A stretch of 64,000 nt of DNA from Camelus ferus. Taxonomy: Eukaryota. Under the pieces are notes generated by a model. That model ran no database searches and was not told where the DNA came from. It worked only from the letters and a program-made list of their open reading frames with translations. Of this stretch, positions 13,272-24,356 are shown one piece after another. The position numbers and the translations under genes are program-made. Numbering within the stretch: position 1 is the first letter of the stretch; every line of letters begins with the position of its first letter. The DNA lies in NCBI RefSeq assembly GCF_009834535.1, contig NC_045697.1, positions 59,832,001 through 59,896,000 on the forward strand, written 5' to 3'.

Positions 13272-13356
13272 TATTATAAGATAATTAAGCTATTATAAGA
13301 TAATTAAGCTCCAGTAGCTCCAATAAGCTCCAATTATAAGATAATTAAGCTCCAGT
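13272..13356. repeat. Compound tandem duplication of TATTATAAGATAATTAAGC
   Basis: Exact 19-mer at 13272-13290 and 13291-13309, two AGCTCCAAT units, then a third copy ending at 13356. Confidence 0.9.
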
Positions 13357-13959
13357 TTCTATTAAGCATTTAGGCTTCAAATAATTTAGAGAAAATATAT
13401 GTAATTTTCATCTCTACAGAGAATGCACACTTTCTTTTATCCATACTTCCCTTAGAAAAACCTATCATATACTTTATTACAAAGATACTCTTATTTAGTT
13501 CCAAAGGGTAGATATTTTATGTCAAATTAAAAATCATGAGTAGAAACATGATCAAAGAAGACTTATACTTTTAAAAACTAAGAAACATTCTCCAAAATAA
13601 CCAGAGGATACTAGAGATTGCAAAAGAAAATAAGTGCAAATAAACCAGAAAATAATGAAAAGCAAAGCCAATCAGCAGACCTATGGGAATCTAGCAAGAA
13701 TGTATTTAAAGAAATAATTGTTAATGTAAATGTATTTAGTATAAAAATCCAATTAAGTAAGTTAAATATTTAATAAATTGACATACTACAAAATAAACCA
13801 ATGAACTGGGAAATTAAATTATTCCTAATAAAATATGGGAAGAAAGGAAATAATAGAACTGAACAATAAAATCAAATTATTTTTTGAACAAGAACAATAA
13901 ATTACTAGTAGCTTAAGTTATGTTAAAAAGAGACAAAATTTACAGCACTTTTTGCTGTT

Positions 13960-14760
13960 GTTTATGACTCTGTTAATTCCCTATTCAAGGTCATCCTACC
14001 CATTTTTTTTGCTTATAAACTTAAATAATTTTTTACTGTCCTGCAAGTGAGCAAGGTCTTCGGGAGATCCCAGGTAGTGAATTTTGATGGATCTAAACAA
14101 ACTGATAAATGCAATCATCTTACAAATACTTTGATTTTGTTATGGATATGTAGTGAAATTCTCAAAAATTAAAAAAAAGAGAAGGCAATTTGGTTGCTTT
14201 TGAAAAAAGAAAGTTTCTAAAATGAGAAAATGGATGCTAAATAGGGATATTTTATTTATTATAGTCTGTGTGAAATGCCTGAAAAGTTTCCACCTATTTT
14301 GAGGGCCATGAGGGGAGTCAGTCTAAGATTATTAAATTATGGTGCATCCAGCAGCATTAGCATTGCCTGGAAACATGTTAGAAATAGAAAATCTTGACTC
14401 ACTCCAGCCCAGAGCTACCAAAGCAGGAAGCCTGTGCTGTGGGAAGCCCTCCAGGTGATTCTGATGCCTGTTACAGCTTGAGAAGCACTGTGTTGAGAGG
14501 AAAAGCATCATCCTAAGGATGGTGGAGGGGAAATATTGAAGGAAGCTGGATCTCAATAATGTTGTTGACCTGCTGAATTAATGAGACCTGGGCCTGTCCT
14601 ATCAACAGAATTCTCTCTCCCTTCCTTTCCTTTTTCTTTTCCTTTTCCCATCTCCCCTTTTCTTTCCTTCTCTTATTTTTTAAAGCAATTCAATGAGATT
14701 TAATGCATTATATTATAGTAGAATGATTAAATCCATGGTTTGTTAAAACCAAGTATACCT
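13960..14760 (+). mobile_element. Old MLT1 (MaLR, J/K-like) LTR interrupted by MER5A
   Basis: gtgaaatgcctg..tattttgagggccatgagggga | aaggatggtggagggg..gaaggaagctggatctc..tgttgttgacctgctgaattaa. Confidence 0.5.
14325..14490 (+). mobile_element. MER5A-type hAT-Charlie relic
   Basis: ccagcagcattagcattgcctggaaacatgttagaaat..aagccctccaggtgattctgatgc..ttgagaagcactg. Confidence 0.85.
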
Positions 14761-17544
14761 TTATAGAGAGCATTACTTTTGTCAATCAAGAGAGCAAACT
14801 ACTGAGAAAACTGCTTGGCTCCGAGATCCAAACAAGAAAATCCTTGACTAATAGTAAAACTCTGAGGACATAGAGGTCTATGCACAACTACTAGGCTTTG
14901 ATACCTTTTTAATTTTTCTACTTATCTTTTCCCTTTTTATCTTCTGTTAAAGTTTTTTTATCACATTACATCCATAAGATTTTTCACAGCTAGGTACATA
15001 GTTATTAATAAGCTATGATAAAGCTTTAATTAATATATCACTTGTTTATAAACGTTATTTGATTATCCAGATTTTTTTTTACTTGCCTAAAGCATCTTAA
15101 CTTTAACTCATAAATAGAGAAAAATAAAATAAACCTAGCAATGAAAAAAATGATAATTGTAAGAGAGTATGACATGCAATACAATCACAATACGTTAGAA
15201 AATCTTGGGAAAATTGATTCCAGCAAGATATAAACTAGCAGATTTACACAAGAGGAGTTAAAAAAATCAAACAGGCAAATACTAATGAAGAGATCAGAAA
15301 GATAATTAAAACTCCACCTTTAAAAGAAAAGATATGGAACTCTAATGCTATAACAGCTGACTTCTGTTTGCCAAGTACAGAAAAGATAATTTCCTTATTT
15401 TTTAGATTGGAACTTAGTATAAACTTAGTATTCTAAGAAATAAAGATCATCCAAATTTATAGTCACTTGTAAATACAAATAGAGCATGCAAAATAATATA
15501 TTGAATCCAGCAATTTATTCAAACAACATAATATGATCAGTCAGCTTTTAATCCAGAAAATTTATGGCAAGGAAAAAAAAATAAAGAAGAAAAACAAATA
15601 ATTCAACAGTATATTCTAGAAAGCTAAATGATAAAACATATCAGTCATTTATAGTAAAATTCTAAGCAAAATAGAAATAGAAGGAAACTAGGTAAATTAA
15701 ATCAATTTTCAAAGCACATTAGAAAACATCAGATAACATGATGAACTACTGAAGTCTTTAATTCAGAAATAGAAGAAGAAGGCTTTTCCTCACTTACTGT
15801 TATACATGATCAGGGAAAATTTAAACATATTTTGGAAAGTGCCAAGAGTGTATTTTTTTGGAAAATGATAGGATTATAACTTGAGTTTCTAGTCAAACAC
15901 TTAAGTGAGAATTTTTAAGATAGTTGGGTAAAAAGATAAACACAAAAACTAGTTTTTCTCTAATTCAAAAATTATATACAGGTAGAAATAAGCACACATA
16001 CATAAATATATATTCAAAATAGTGGTCAAAGATGTAAGAGCCCGAGGAATAAATGTAATAAGAAGTATACAGGATTTATATGAGGGAAATGTCAATTTTC
16101 AAGGATGTGGAAACTATAAGAAGAAATGAAGATTTACACTATGTTCTTAATGAGAAGATTTGATTTAGAGAAAGAAACAATCCTCCAAAAATAACGTATA
16201 AGTATAATGAAATTCCACTGACAATCCCTGAGTATAGTTTTTTAGATTCTAATATTAATAAGGAAGTCTACAGTTCCATTAAACAAGAAAATATAAGGGG
16301 GAAAAAAGAATTACGGAGGACAGAGTTTACAAGATACTGAATTTTTCTATAGAAACCACTGTAATTATAACATGATATTATCGTTGGAATAGTGAATTAG
16401 ATCAGTGTAACAGAATACATAGGTCATAAAGTTTAATATAGAAATGTTTGCATTTCAATTCAGTGGGGAAAGGAGGTTTATTTATTTAATGATCTCATCT
16501 TAATTGATTGTCCATCTGAACACAGAAGCACATTTTCTAATTTTTCATTTCACTGCTATAAATAGATAATTCCCAACATATCAGAGAACTAAATGCAAAA
16601 AATTAAATGACACTAGAAAATTAGAGAAAATATTAGGAAAATGCTTGAAAAAACATGAAATGTAGAGTCCCCCCCATGCCAGAAAGAGAACCCATTTGAT
16701 GAAAAAGGTAAGAATGCATATTTAATGATATGAAAAATTTAAATATGGCAAAATATACAGAGTCAAAATGGAAATGACAGATTTTTCAAAATATTTGCAA
16801 CCTTTATGAAATAAAATTACTAATAATTCTGAATTTTGTAAGAAATAAAGAAGAGAAATACAGTCTGGAGAAAAATCTGAAAAGAGCATAAATAGAAAAT
16901 TCACCATGAAAGTTAAGAAAAGATGCTTATCTTTAGTATCAGTACAGAAAATGCAAATTTAAATAACATATAAGATTGACAAAGAGAATGCCTTCCACTG
17001 CTAATGAGAATGTTGGCATTCTTATATGTTGCTGAGCTGTTCTTAATTGCCATGCCATATTTGGGAAAATATTATATATACCAAATTTTTAAATATGCAT
17101 AATTTTTAACTTTGTTACATGAAAACCTGAAATCTTAGACTATAGAAATGAATTCAGTTTTGTGTAAAACAATTATATGTATATTTTATACACAAATATA
17201 TTTCACAGTACTATTTTTTATGGGTGATAACTGAAAATATTTATTTTCTTAAACAATAAATAATTATCTTGATATTATAATGCTATATTATATAGGATTA
17301 TTTCATCTTTGTTGCATAATATCTAATAGTTCTTATGTAATTTATTCAACCTAATGGTCCTCTAAAGTATTATCATTTCAGAGCTTTCCAGTTCAGTAAT
17401 ATCACAAATTTGATTATTGTGTCAATTATTAGATCTCTTGTGACTAGTAAGAGTATAATATCTTTCTTTTCATTGTTTCCATATCATTTGAAATTCATCC
17501 CGTAATGTTGGTATACAAGTTGTTTCTTGACTGAATTAGTGATT

Positions 17545-17791
17545 TTTTTTCCTTTTTGTAATTGAAATATAGTCAGTTTACATTGTGTCAATTTCTGGTG
17601 TATAGCATAATGTTTCAGTCAGACATATATGTACATACATTTGTTTTCATATTCTTTTTTATTGTAGGTTAATACAAGATATTAAATATAGTTCCTTGTG
17701 CTATACAGTATAAGCTTTTTTTTTATCTATTTTATTTATAGTAGTTTGTATCTGCAAATCTTGAACTTCCAGTGTATCCCTTCCTACCACC
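17545..17791 (-). mobile_element. Young lineage-specific L1, 3'-UTR end only (5'-truncated)
   Basis: Reverse complement of the 3'-UTR seen at 35280-35510; T-rich tail at 17543-17557; possible 8-bp TSD tagtgatt (17537-17544 / 17792-17799). Confidence 0.9.
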
Positions 17792-18556
17792 TAGTGATTA
17801 TGTTTAATATGACTATATTTCAACAACTAATTTACACTGATATTTCAGTACACTTTCAGAAAATAAATTAAGATTAATAAAATTATATATTGGTGGCAAT
17901 GTGAATATTTTCTGAGATTCAAATTTTAGCTAGATATTTTTGGAAGGGAATTAGTATGAATTTACCATGTCAATTATTTTAGCTGTTGGCTACAAATCGT
18001 TAGTCCAGATTGCCACAGAATGATTTTGGAAAGTCAAATACGTATATTTTATATATTGATACTGTTATACCATTCTGTAAAAAAAAAAAAATCTCACTCT
18101 GAGTGTAACTGACTTATGTAATCATAGCTGTATCTCATTTGATTAGGTTAATAGAGTGTCTGAAATTGTGTATATCAGAAAGCTATTGAGATAATCCCAA
18201 TGTGCTTAAACTTCTGCTAATGTATCCCTTTCATCTCAGCATTTTCCAATTAAGCTATGCTTGCCACAAATCTCTTGAAAATAACACAGACAGATAACAA
18301 GCAAAAAAAAAACGCAAATGAAGCTGTTCTATGGTATCAACCTTTTAAAGCAGCAAAGGACATTAGAACATACATCTTTTGAACGTAATACTACTTTATA
18401 AAATAATACACTCAGCTATAGTACCAAGCAAGTCCTTTCTAAACATAATAGACACTCGTTAAAATTCTGCTAAGTTTAATTTAAAAACATATGTATGAAG
18501 TCAGATAATAAACAGGAGAGCTCAGAATCTCGATTATATTTTTCTGTTCCAAAGCC

Positions 18557-18701
18557 CAGTTTGTGTTCCTCAAATATAAATAATTACCTTGTGCATTTGT
18601 TAAAATACATGTTCCCAAACTCGTTTACTGGAGACTTCAAATGATTCTGCAGGTTTGCGTACCTGGCTATTAATGTGATCAGGTAAATTTGGGAAGAGCT
18701 G
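18557..18701. mobile_element. MER5-like DNA transposon relic
   Basis: aattaccttgtgcatttgttaaaatacatgttccc..atgtgatcaggtaaatttgggaagagctg. Confidence 0.45.
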
Positions 18702-18766
18702 TACAACAGGGTTCTTGTCAATATACTAGGATATTGCCAAACCTTAAATTAAACCTAATAGGTGGA

Positions 18767-19503
18767 GCTTGGTTCAGCCATTATGCAAAATAGAATGGAG
18801 ATTTCCTCAAAAAACTAAAAACAGACTTATCATATGGTCCAGCAACCCCACTCCTGGGCATATATCTGGAGGAAACTCTAATTCAAAAAGATACATGCAC
18901 TCCAGTGTTCTAGAAGCACTGTTTACAATAGCCAAGACATGGAAGCAACCTACATGTCCATCCACAGATGATTGGATAAAGAAGATGTGATACAAAAATT
19001 ACAGTGGAATATTATTCAGTCTTGAAAAAAGAATACTAATGCCACTTGCAGCAACATGGATGGATCTGGAGATTGTCATTCTAAGTGAAGTAAGCCAGAA
19101 AAAGAGAAAAAGTACCATATGATATTACTTATATATGGAACCTAAAAAAGAAAAAGAGGCAAAAGAACTTATTTACAAAACAGAAACAGACTCACAGACA
19201 CAGAAAACAAACTTGTGGTTACCAGAGCAGAAAGGTGGAGGTGGAGAGATAAATTGGGAGTTAAGGATTTGCAGATACAAACTACTATATATTAAATACT
19301 ATATATAAAATGGATAAACAGCAAGATCCTACTGTATAGCACAGAGAACTATATTCAATACCTTGGAATAGCCTATAATGAAAAAGAATATGAAAATGAC
19401 TATATACATGTATATGTATAACTGAATCACTATGCTGTACACCAGAAATTAACACACTGCAAACTGACTAAACTTCAATTTTAAAAAATAATAATAAAAA
19501 AAG
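18767..19503 (+). mobile_element. 5'-truncated L1: ORF2 C-terminus, 3'-UTR and A-tail
   Basis: VQPL..ALFTIAKTWKQPTCPSTDDWIKKM is the L1 ORF2 end; colinear with 2000-2645; A-rich tail at 19483-19503. Confidence 0.96.
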
Positions 19504-21684
19504 ATCAGTTGTATCTACTGCAGTGTTTTCTCCTCCACTTATTGTTTCTGTGTAAAGAATTCTCAATTCAGAGGTACTTAACTTTTTTTTTCCTTTTCTT
19601 CTTTTCCTTTCCTTTTCCTTTTTTCTTTTTTTTTCTTTTTTTTTAATAAGTTAGGGAACACTATGAACTGTATGCTTCCCCTTCTGACTCCACTCAGAGT
19701 TAATATCTATATCTCCTCCTCTAAGACTCAAAGCTCCAACTAAATAAAAAACTCACTCCTGTCAGTTAGTAGGTTCAACAAACTAATTTTAACTAATAGG
19801 CATATATGATCATTGTATTTAATATATATGAAATGTTTACTGACCCACAGACATAACAAAACTGTGGGTTTATTAAAATCATAAAGCCTATCAACAAATA
19901 ATTAAGAAAATATCCAATAAATGTGCAATAAATTTTCTATCATTTATCTCTGTTTATTAACGACAACTTGTCTGACTTTCATTAGCATAATAAGAGAACA
20001 TTGTGCTGTTACTGATTTTTTTTTTTAGTATGATATTAATATAGGATAAGGAAATTGTACAGCAAGAAGTGAATTCAGACTTTGCAACAATTTATAAGGT
20101 GGTTGACTGAATAATTAGAACAGGCAACAACTAAAGACAACTGGAATCACCACACTAGTGCATATGAACTTTGGATAAAGTATTCATAAGGAATTCTTAT
20201 TGAGTGTTTATATTAGCCAGTGTTACAGGAGTGTTTTATGAACCCACCACTGCTGACTGAAGAAAATGGAGAATACAGTAGTTACACAGACGGTCTCAAT
20301 TCAGTGAGAAATTGATATTAGCATTATAAACACCTGGGGTCAATTTTACTTCTACTCATTATTTCTAAGAATTTCTGTTAAAGGTAATTAATCTCTCCAA
20401 AATAGTCTCCAAAATATCTGGAAGCCCACAGTTGTAGCTGAAACTACAACTGTCTGCACAACTCAATCTCAATCTACAGCTGTCGACTCATCTTTTTTAC
20501 AGTCTCAGGCTTACCTGTCCCAAATGACTGAACTTTTCACAATATCTTTTATTGATGGAGTATGTTACAGCCGTTAGTACTAATTATCACGAAGATCATT
20601 CTCAGTTATCAAAAATAATAACTTAGACCACAAAAAATGGGGATGACTTATTCAGTAAGGCTAGGGAAAGTTTCAAAGAGAAGATACCCAAGTTTAGCTA
20701 TGACAGTGGATAACCGTTAAGATATAGACTGGAAACAATGATTCTTGTGGGATGGGAGCAAATAGTGCCAGAAACTTCCTCAGTATATGTACTGCAAAGT
20801 TATTTATCCATCTCCACTTTTGATTGCAATAGTAGCCAGTTTATTGTATGTTATTCAAACAAGTGTTTGAGATAGCCCTTATAGAAATTTGTCTTTAAAT
20901 CAGTATTCTTATGGCAGTTCACATCTACTATAAATATTGGGTTAAAATGGAATATTTAACAATATAGCATGTACTTGAGCCTCTGAGCCAAAAACAAGAA
21001 AATCGAAAATTAATAACATATACTTACAACTGCATAGGATTAATATTGATGAATTTCAAACTGTTCTCTCCAAATAAAAAATATGTGATTTTTTGAAATT
21101 TCATGACTGAAATTCAAGTGGACTGATTTATTTTATGATAATATAAGACTCTCCCTTGGGCTTTGCTAAATTAAAGGTGTAAGGGGAATACAAGCTCTTA
21201 AATGTGAAGAAAACACAGAGGTTGGACAGCAAGAAGAGAGGTTTGATTTCATGAAGTAGAACGTTAATTGAGCGCTCAGGACTCCAACTCAGTCACGCCT
21301 ACTGTTAACTTCAGCTCAGAGGCTCCAAACTGCCATGGCTGATGGGACTGATATATCCTCAAATATAAAAAAGAATAGATTATTCAAAATTTTTTCTCTC
21401 TCTATCCCTGTGTCTATAGCCTCTATTTATGAAAGTGTAAGGGCACTGTTTGATCATAGACAAATTTTACTAAGTGTTTTGGGGGAGCTTCTTCTGATTT
21501 ATTTCCAACGGTGGGCATCAGATGATCTCTTCTGGATTGGGCGGACTGTTCAGCCTAGGACATCTTCTCCACAGCCTAAGACAGCCTGTGGACAGGCTTT
21601 GGAAGCCTTTTGTATGTCTTCCTAGTTAATTTATATAAAAAGATTTATATCAGTTTTCTCAACTTACTTTCTGCAATGAAACCT

Positions 21685-22277
21685 ATGTTGGCTTCTTTTC
21701 TTTTCACTGTGTCAATGTAGCTAACTAAGCTGGAGCCACGTTTCACAGATTTTCTTCACTGCATGGTGTCACATTAGGTTGGCCATAAGAGAAATTAGTG
21801 TGGGAGGAGAAGCGGCCCTACTTTCCATGTTCTGAAGTTTGGTGCAGAGCCAGGTGCTATTGCTGCTTCCGCATATCTCCACTCATCTGTGGGCTCAGCT
21901 GCTTGTTTGAGGACAGCAATCAGGCCTGCAGTCTGTTCTGCTCCCACTGGATTATCTGCTTCAGCTTTGAATGCTGGGCCAGTGGGTGTGCAGATCCATA
22001 GGGAAGAGCCACAGGCTATCCTGCAGGTGGTCTGTATCATGAGGTTTGGAGGTGGGAAGAGACAGATAAGACTTCCAGTTAGCCCTTCCTCTCCCCCCAC
22101 TATGCATTCATCTTTCCTTTCCAACCTCTAGACCTGAATTCCTGCCTAAAACTAGATACAGAGGCCATAGCCAATGGACTATTGAACCAGCTCCCACAAG
22201 GTCTAATTCTTGTAATATTTATTTTCCTTTATCGCTAAGGGTGCTTTTCCTTCCCTTGTTAAATCTTAACTAATATA
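21685..22277 (+). mobile_element. Old ERVL solo LTR (LTR41/LTR33-like)
   Basis: tgtgtcaatgtagctaactaagctggagccacgtttcacaga..ggttggccataagagaaatt start; ..aaatcttaactaatata end; locally higher GC. Confidence 0.6.
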
Positions 22278-23287
22278 AGAACTTTTATATCATGCTCTTT
22301 GGCTGCCAGTCACAAAGATACTTGTTTTCTCTCATCCACATTAAAATATGGTATATTTCATGATCCAGCTTTACATTACAGCTAGATGCATAAATAAAAT
22401 GAAAGACAAGACAGACACTGACAGGATCTCTTTTTTTTTTTTTTTTTTTGTGCTGAGGGGTACTGCCTCAAAGCTGTGTGAAGAGGCTTATCTTCTCTTG
22501 GGGAACCAATCCAGATGCACACCAGGACCACACCTTTGCAAAGCTTAGGAAGAAATGCTCCACAGAACATGGCAGAATATTGCTTTGTTGTTGTGGAAGG
22601 TAAATCTCATCAGATCATACTACTCTATACTCTATAAGGAAATCATTTTTACTTTCTCATGGGGACAAACTTAGTTATTCAGGGTCTTAGAGGGTTTTGC
22701 ACTGCAAAAGGGAAAGAAAATTGGCTTGGCATTTTGTCATCATTTTTGATTATTGATTATCCCAGGCTGAGTCTTGAAACTGCTATTTCATAGATGACTT
22801 TTTCCCCACCCTTAGTACACTGATGAGGCCATCAAGTAGCTTAAGGATTTGGCATACACAGAGCAGCTGCTAGTCCATGAATGCCACTGTAGGAATTAGG
22901 AAGACCATCCCTCCATGCTAAACAACACCTACATGGTGGCTTTGGATTTACATTTAAGGTGTAGTGATAATCTTTTTTGAAGATCTTTAGTATCTTCCAA
23001 AACAAAGATGCTCTTTGTTGGGTTTCAAGGTACCCATCATTTGGAAAGATTTTTTAAATGTTGGTGTACCTTGCTTCTTTAGTCCTCCCTTATAGTTGTC
23101 ACATGTTTCTATAGTTATTTGTTCAAAGTAGAGCTAATGTTTAATATTGACCTTCCCTAATATTTTTGCTTCTTATGATTTTTTATTCTCATTTATAAAA
23201 TATGGCTAAGGAGTCAGTGTTAACTGATACACAAGGTTTTGTATTTAAAACAAAGTCTACTGAAAGAAGTCCAACAAAATGATAATC

Positions 23288-23440
23288 CCTTCCTCCCTCC
23301 TTTCTTTCCTACCTCCTCCTCCTCTTCCCCATTTCTTCCTTCCCTCCTCCCTCATACCCTTTCCCACCAGTCTCCTTCCTTCTCTCCCTGCCTTCCTCTC
23401 TTCCTTCCTCCTGTCTGTCTGTCACTGATTTCTTCCCTCT
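23288..23440. repeat. CT-rich low-complexity (CCTT-like) tract
   Basis: Almost pure pyrimidine run, followed by a poly-A at 23450-23464. Confidence 0.85.
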
Positions 23441-23974
23441 TCATAAGTTAAAAAAAAAAAAAAAGCTTGGCCATGATGGATTTTTTTAATGAAAACCTTA
23501 TTTTTAATGTTAAGTGCAGCGTCTCCTGTTTAAACTATCTATATTGGTAAATTTCCTCATTCTATCCAAATTCCTTAACTATGCAGTTGGCTTCCTATTG
23601 AAAGAGAAGATTGTTTAAACCCTCAAGGTGAAGTACTGTAGGATATTACAAATCTGGAAGAGCATATTCGTTTATTATTAGTATGATAATTAGTATTTTT
23701 CTTTTCAGTAAACTTATTGTATATTGGTTTCCCTACTTACACAATGGAGAAAGAATCTGAGGACACACTTAAAAAAATACCTTGGAAGTTGGCACTATAT
23801 GGTTTGTGAATGGAAAAGAAATGGTGCAATTATATTGTGGACTAGAGAAAACAACAGCTTATTTATAGCTTTCTACCATTCTTCTGACTGAAATATAAAA
23901 GGTTCTTATCACAGAGGTCTGTTAATTGAATTATGAGCTAAGTAAAGCACTCAACGATTTAAAATTAGCCATTT

Positions 23975-24356
23975 TTAAAAATTAAAGTACATTCAGTTAC
24001 GATGTATCAAATTCTGGTGTACAGCACAATGTCCCAGTCATGCGTATACATACATATATTCATTTTCATATTCTTTTTCATTGAAGGTTATTACAAGATA
24101 TTGAACATAGTTCCCTGTGCTATACAGAAGAAAAATTTTTAAATCTATGTTTATATATAGTGGCTAACATTTGTAAATCTCAAACTCCTGAATTTATCCC
24201 TTCCCACCCTCTTCCCCCTAGTTACCATAACATTGTTTACTATGTCTGCAAGTCTGTTTCTGTTTTGTAGATGAGTTCATAGTGTCCTTTTTTCTTTTTT
24301 TTTTTTAAGGTTCCACATATGAGTGATATCATATGGTATTTTTCTTTCTCTTGCTG
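23975..24356 (-). mobile_element. Young L1 3'-UTR insertion with perfect 15-bp TSD
   Basis: Antisense L1 3'-UTR; TAAAATTAGCCATTT at 23960-23974 and 24357-24371. Confidence 0.95.

Larger units (their letters stand above)
10700..17200 (+). mobile_element. Ancient, highly decayed L1 (L1ME/L1M5-like) spanning ORF1 to ORF2 remnants, with nested insertions
   Basis: A-rich and colinear with L1: ORF1-like gagaatttccctaaattg (about 11195); ORF2 linker-like ttagaaaatcttgggaaaattgat..tttacacaagaggagtt..aacaggcaaatactaatgaagagatc (15195-15300); gcatttcaattcagtggggaaagga (16450); aaagatgctt..agaaaatgcaaattt (16920). Confidence 0.7.

Noticed and set aside
13272..13356. Repeat-spacer pattern suggestive of CRISPR
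   Set aside because: Adjacent tandem copies without unique spacers, no cas genes, mammalian context.
20428..20453. 10-bp hairpin ACAGTTGTAG / CTACAACTGT (a similar one at 12895-12917)
   Set aside because: Too short for a pre-miRNA, and a few such stems are expected by chance.
21795..22131. Overlapping GC-richer ORFs
   Set aside because: They lie inside an old ERVL LTR.
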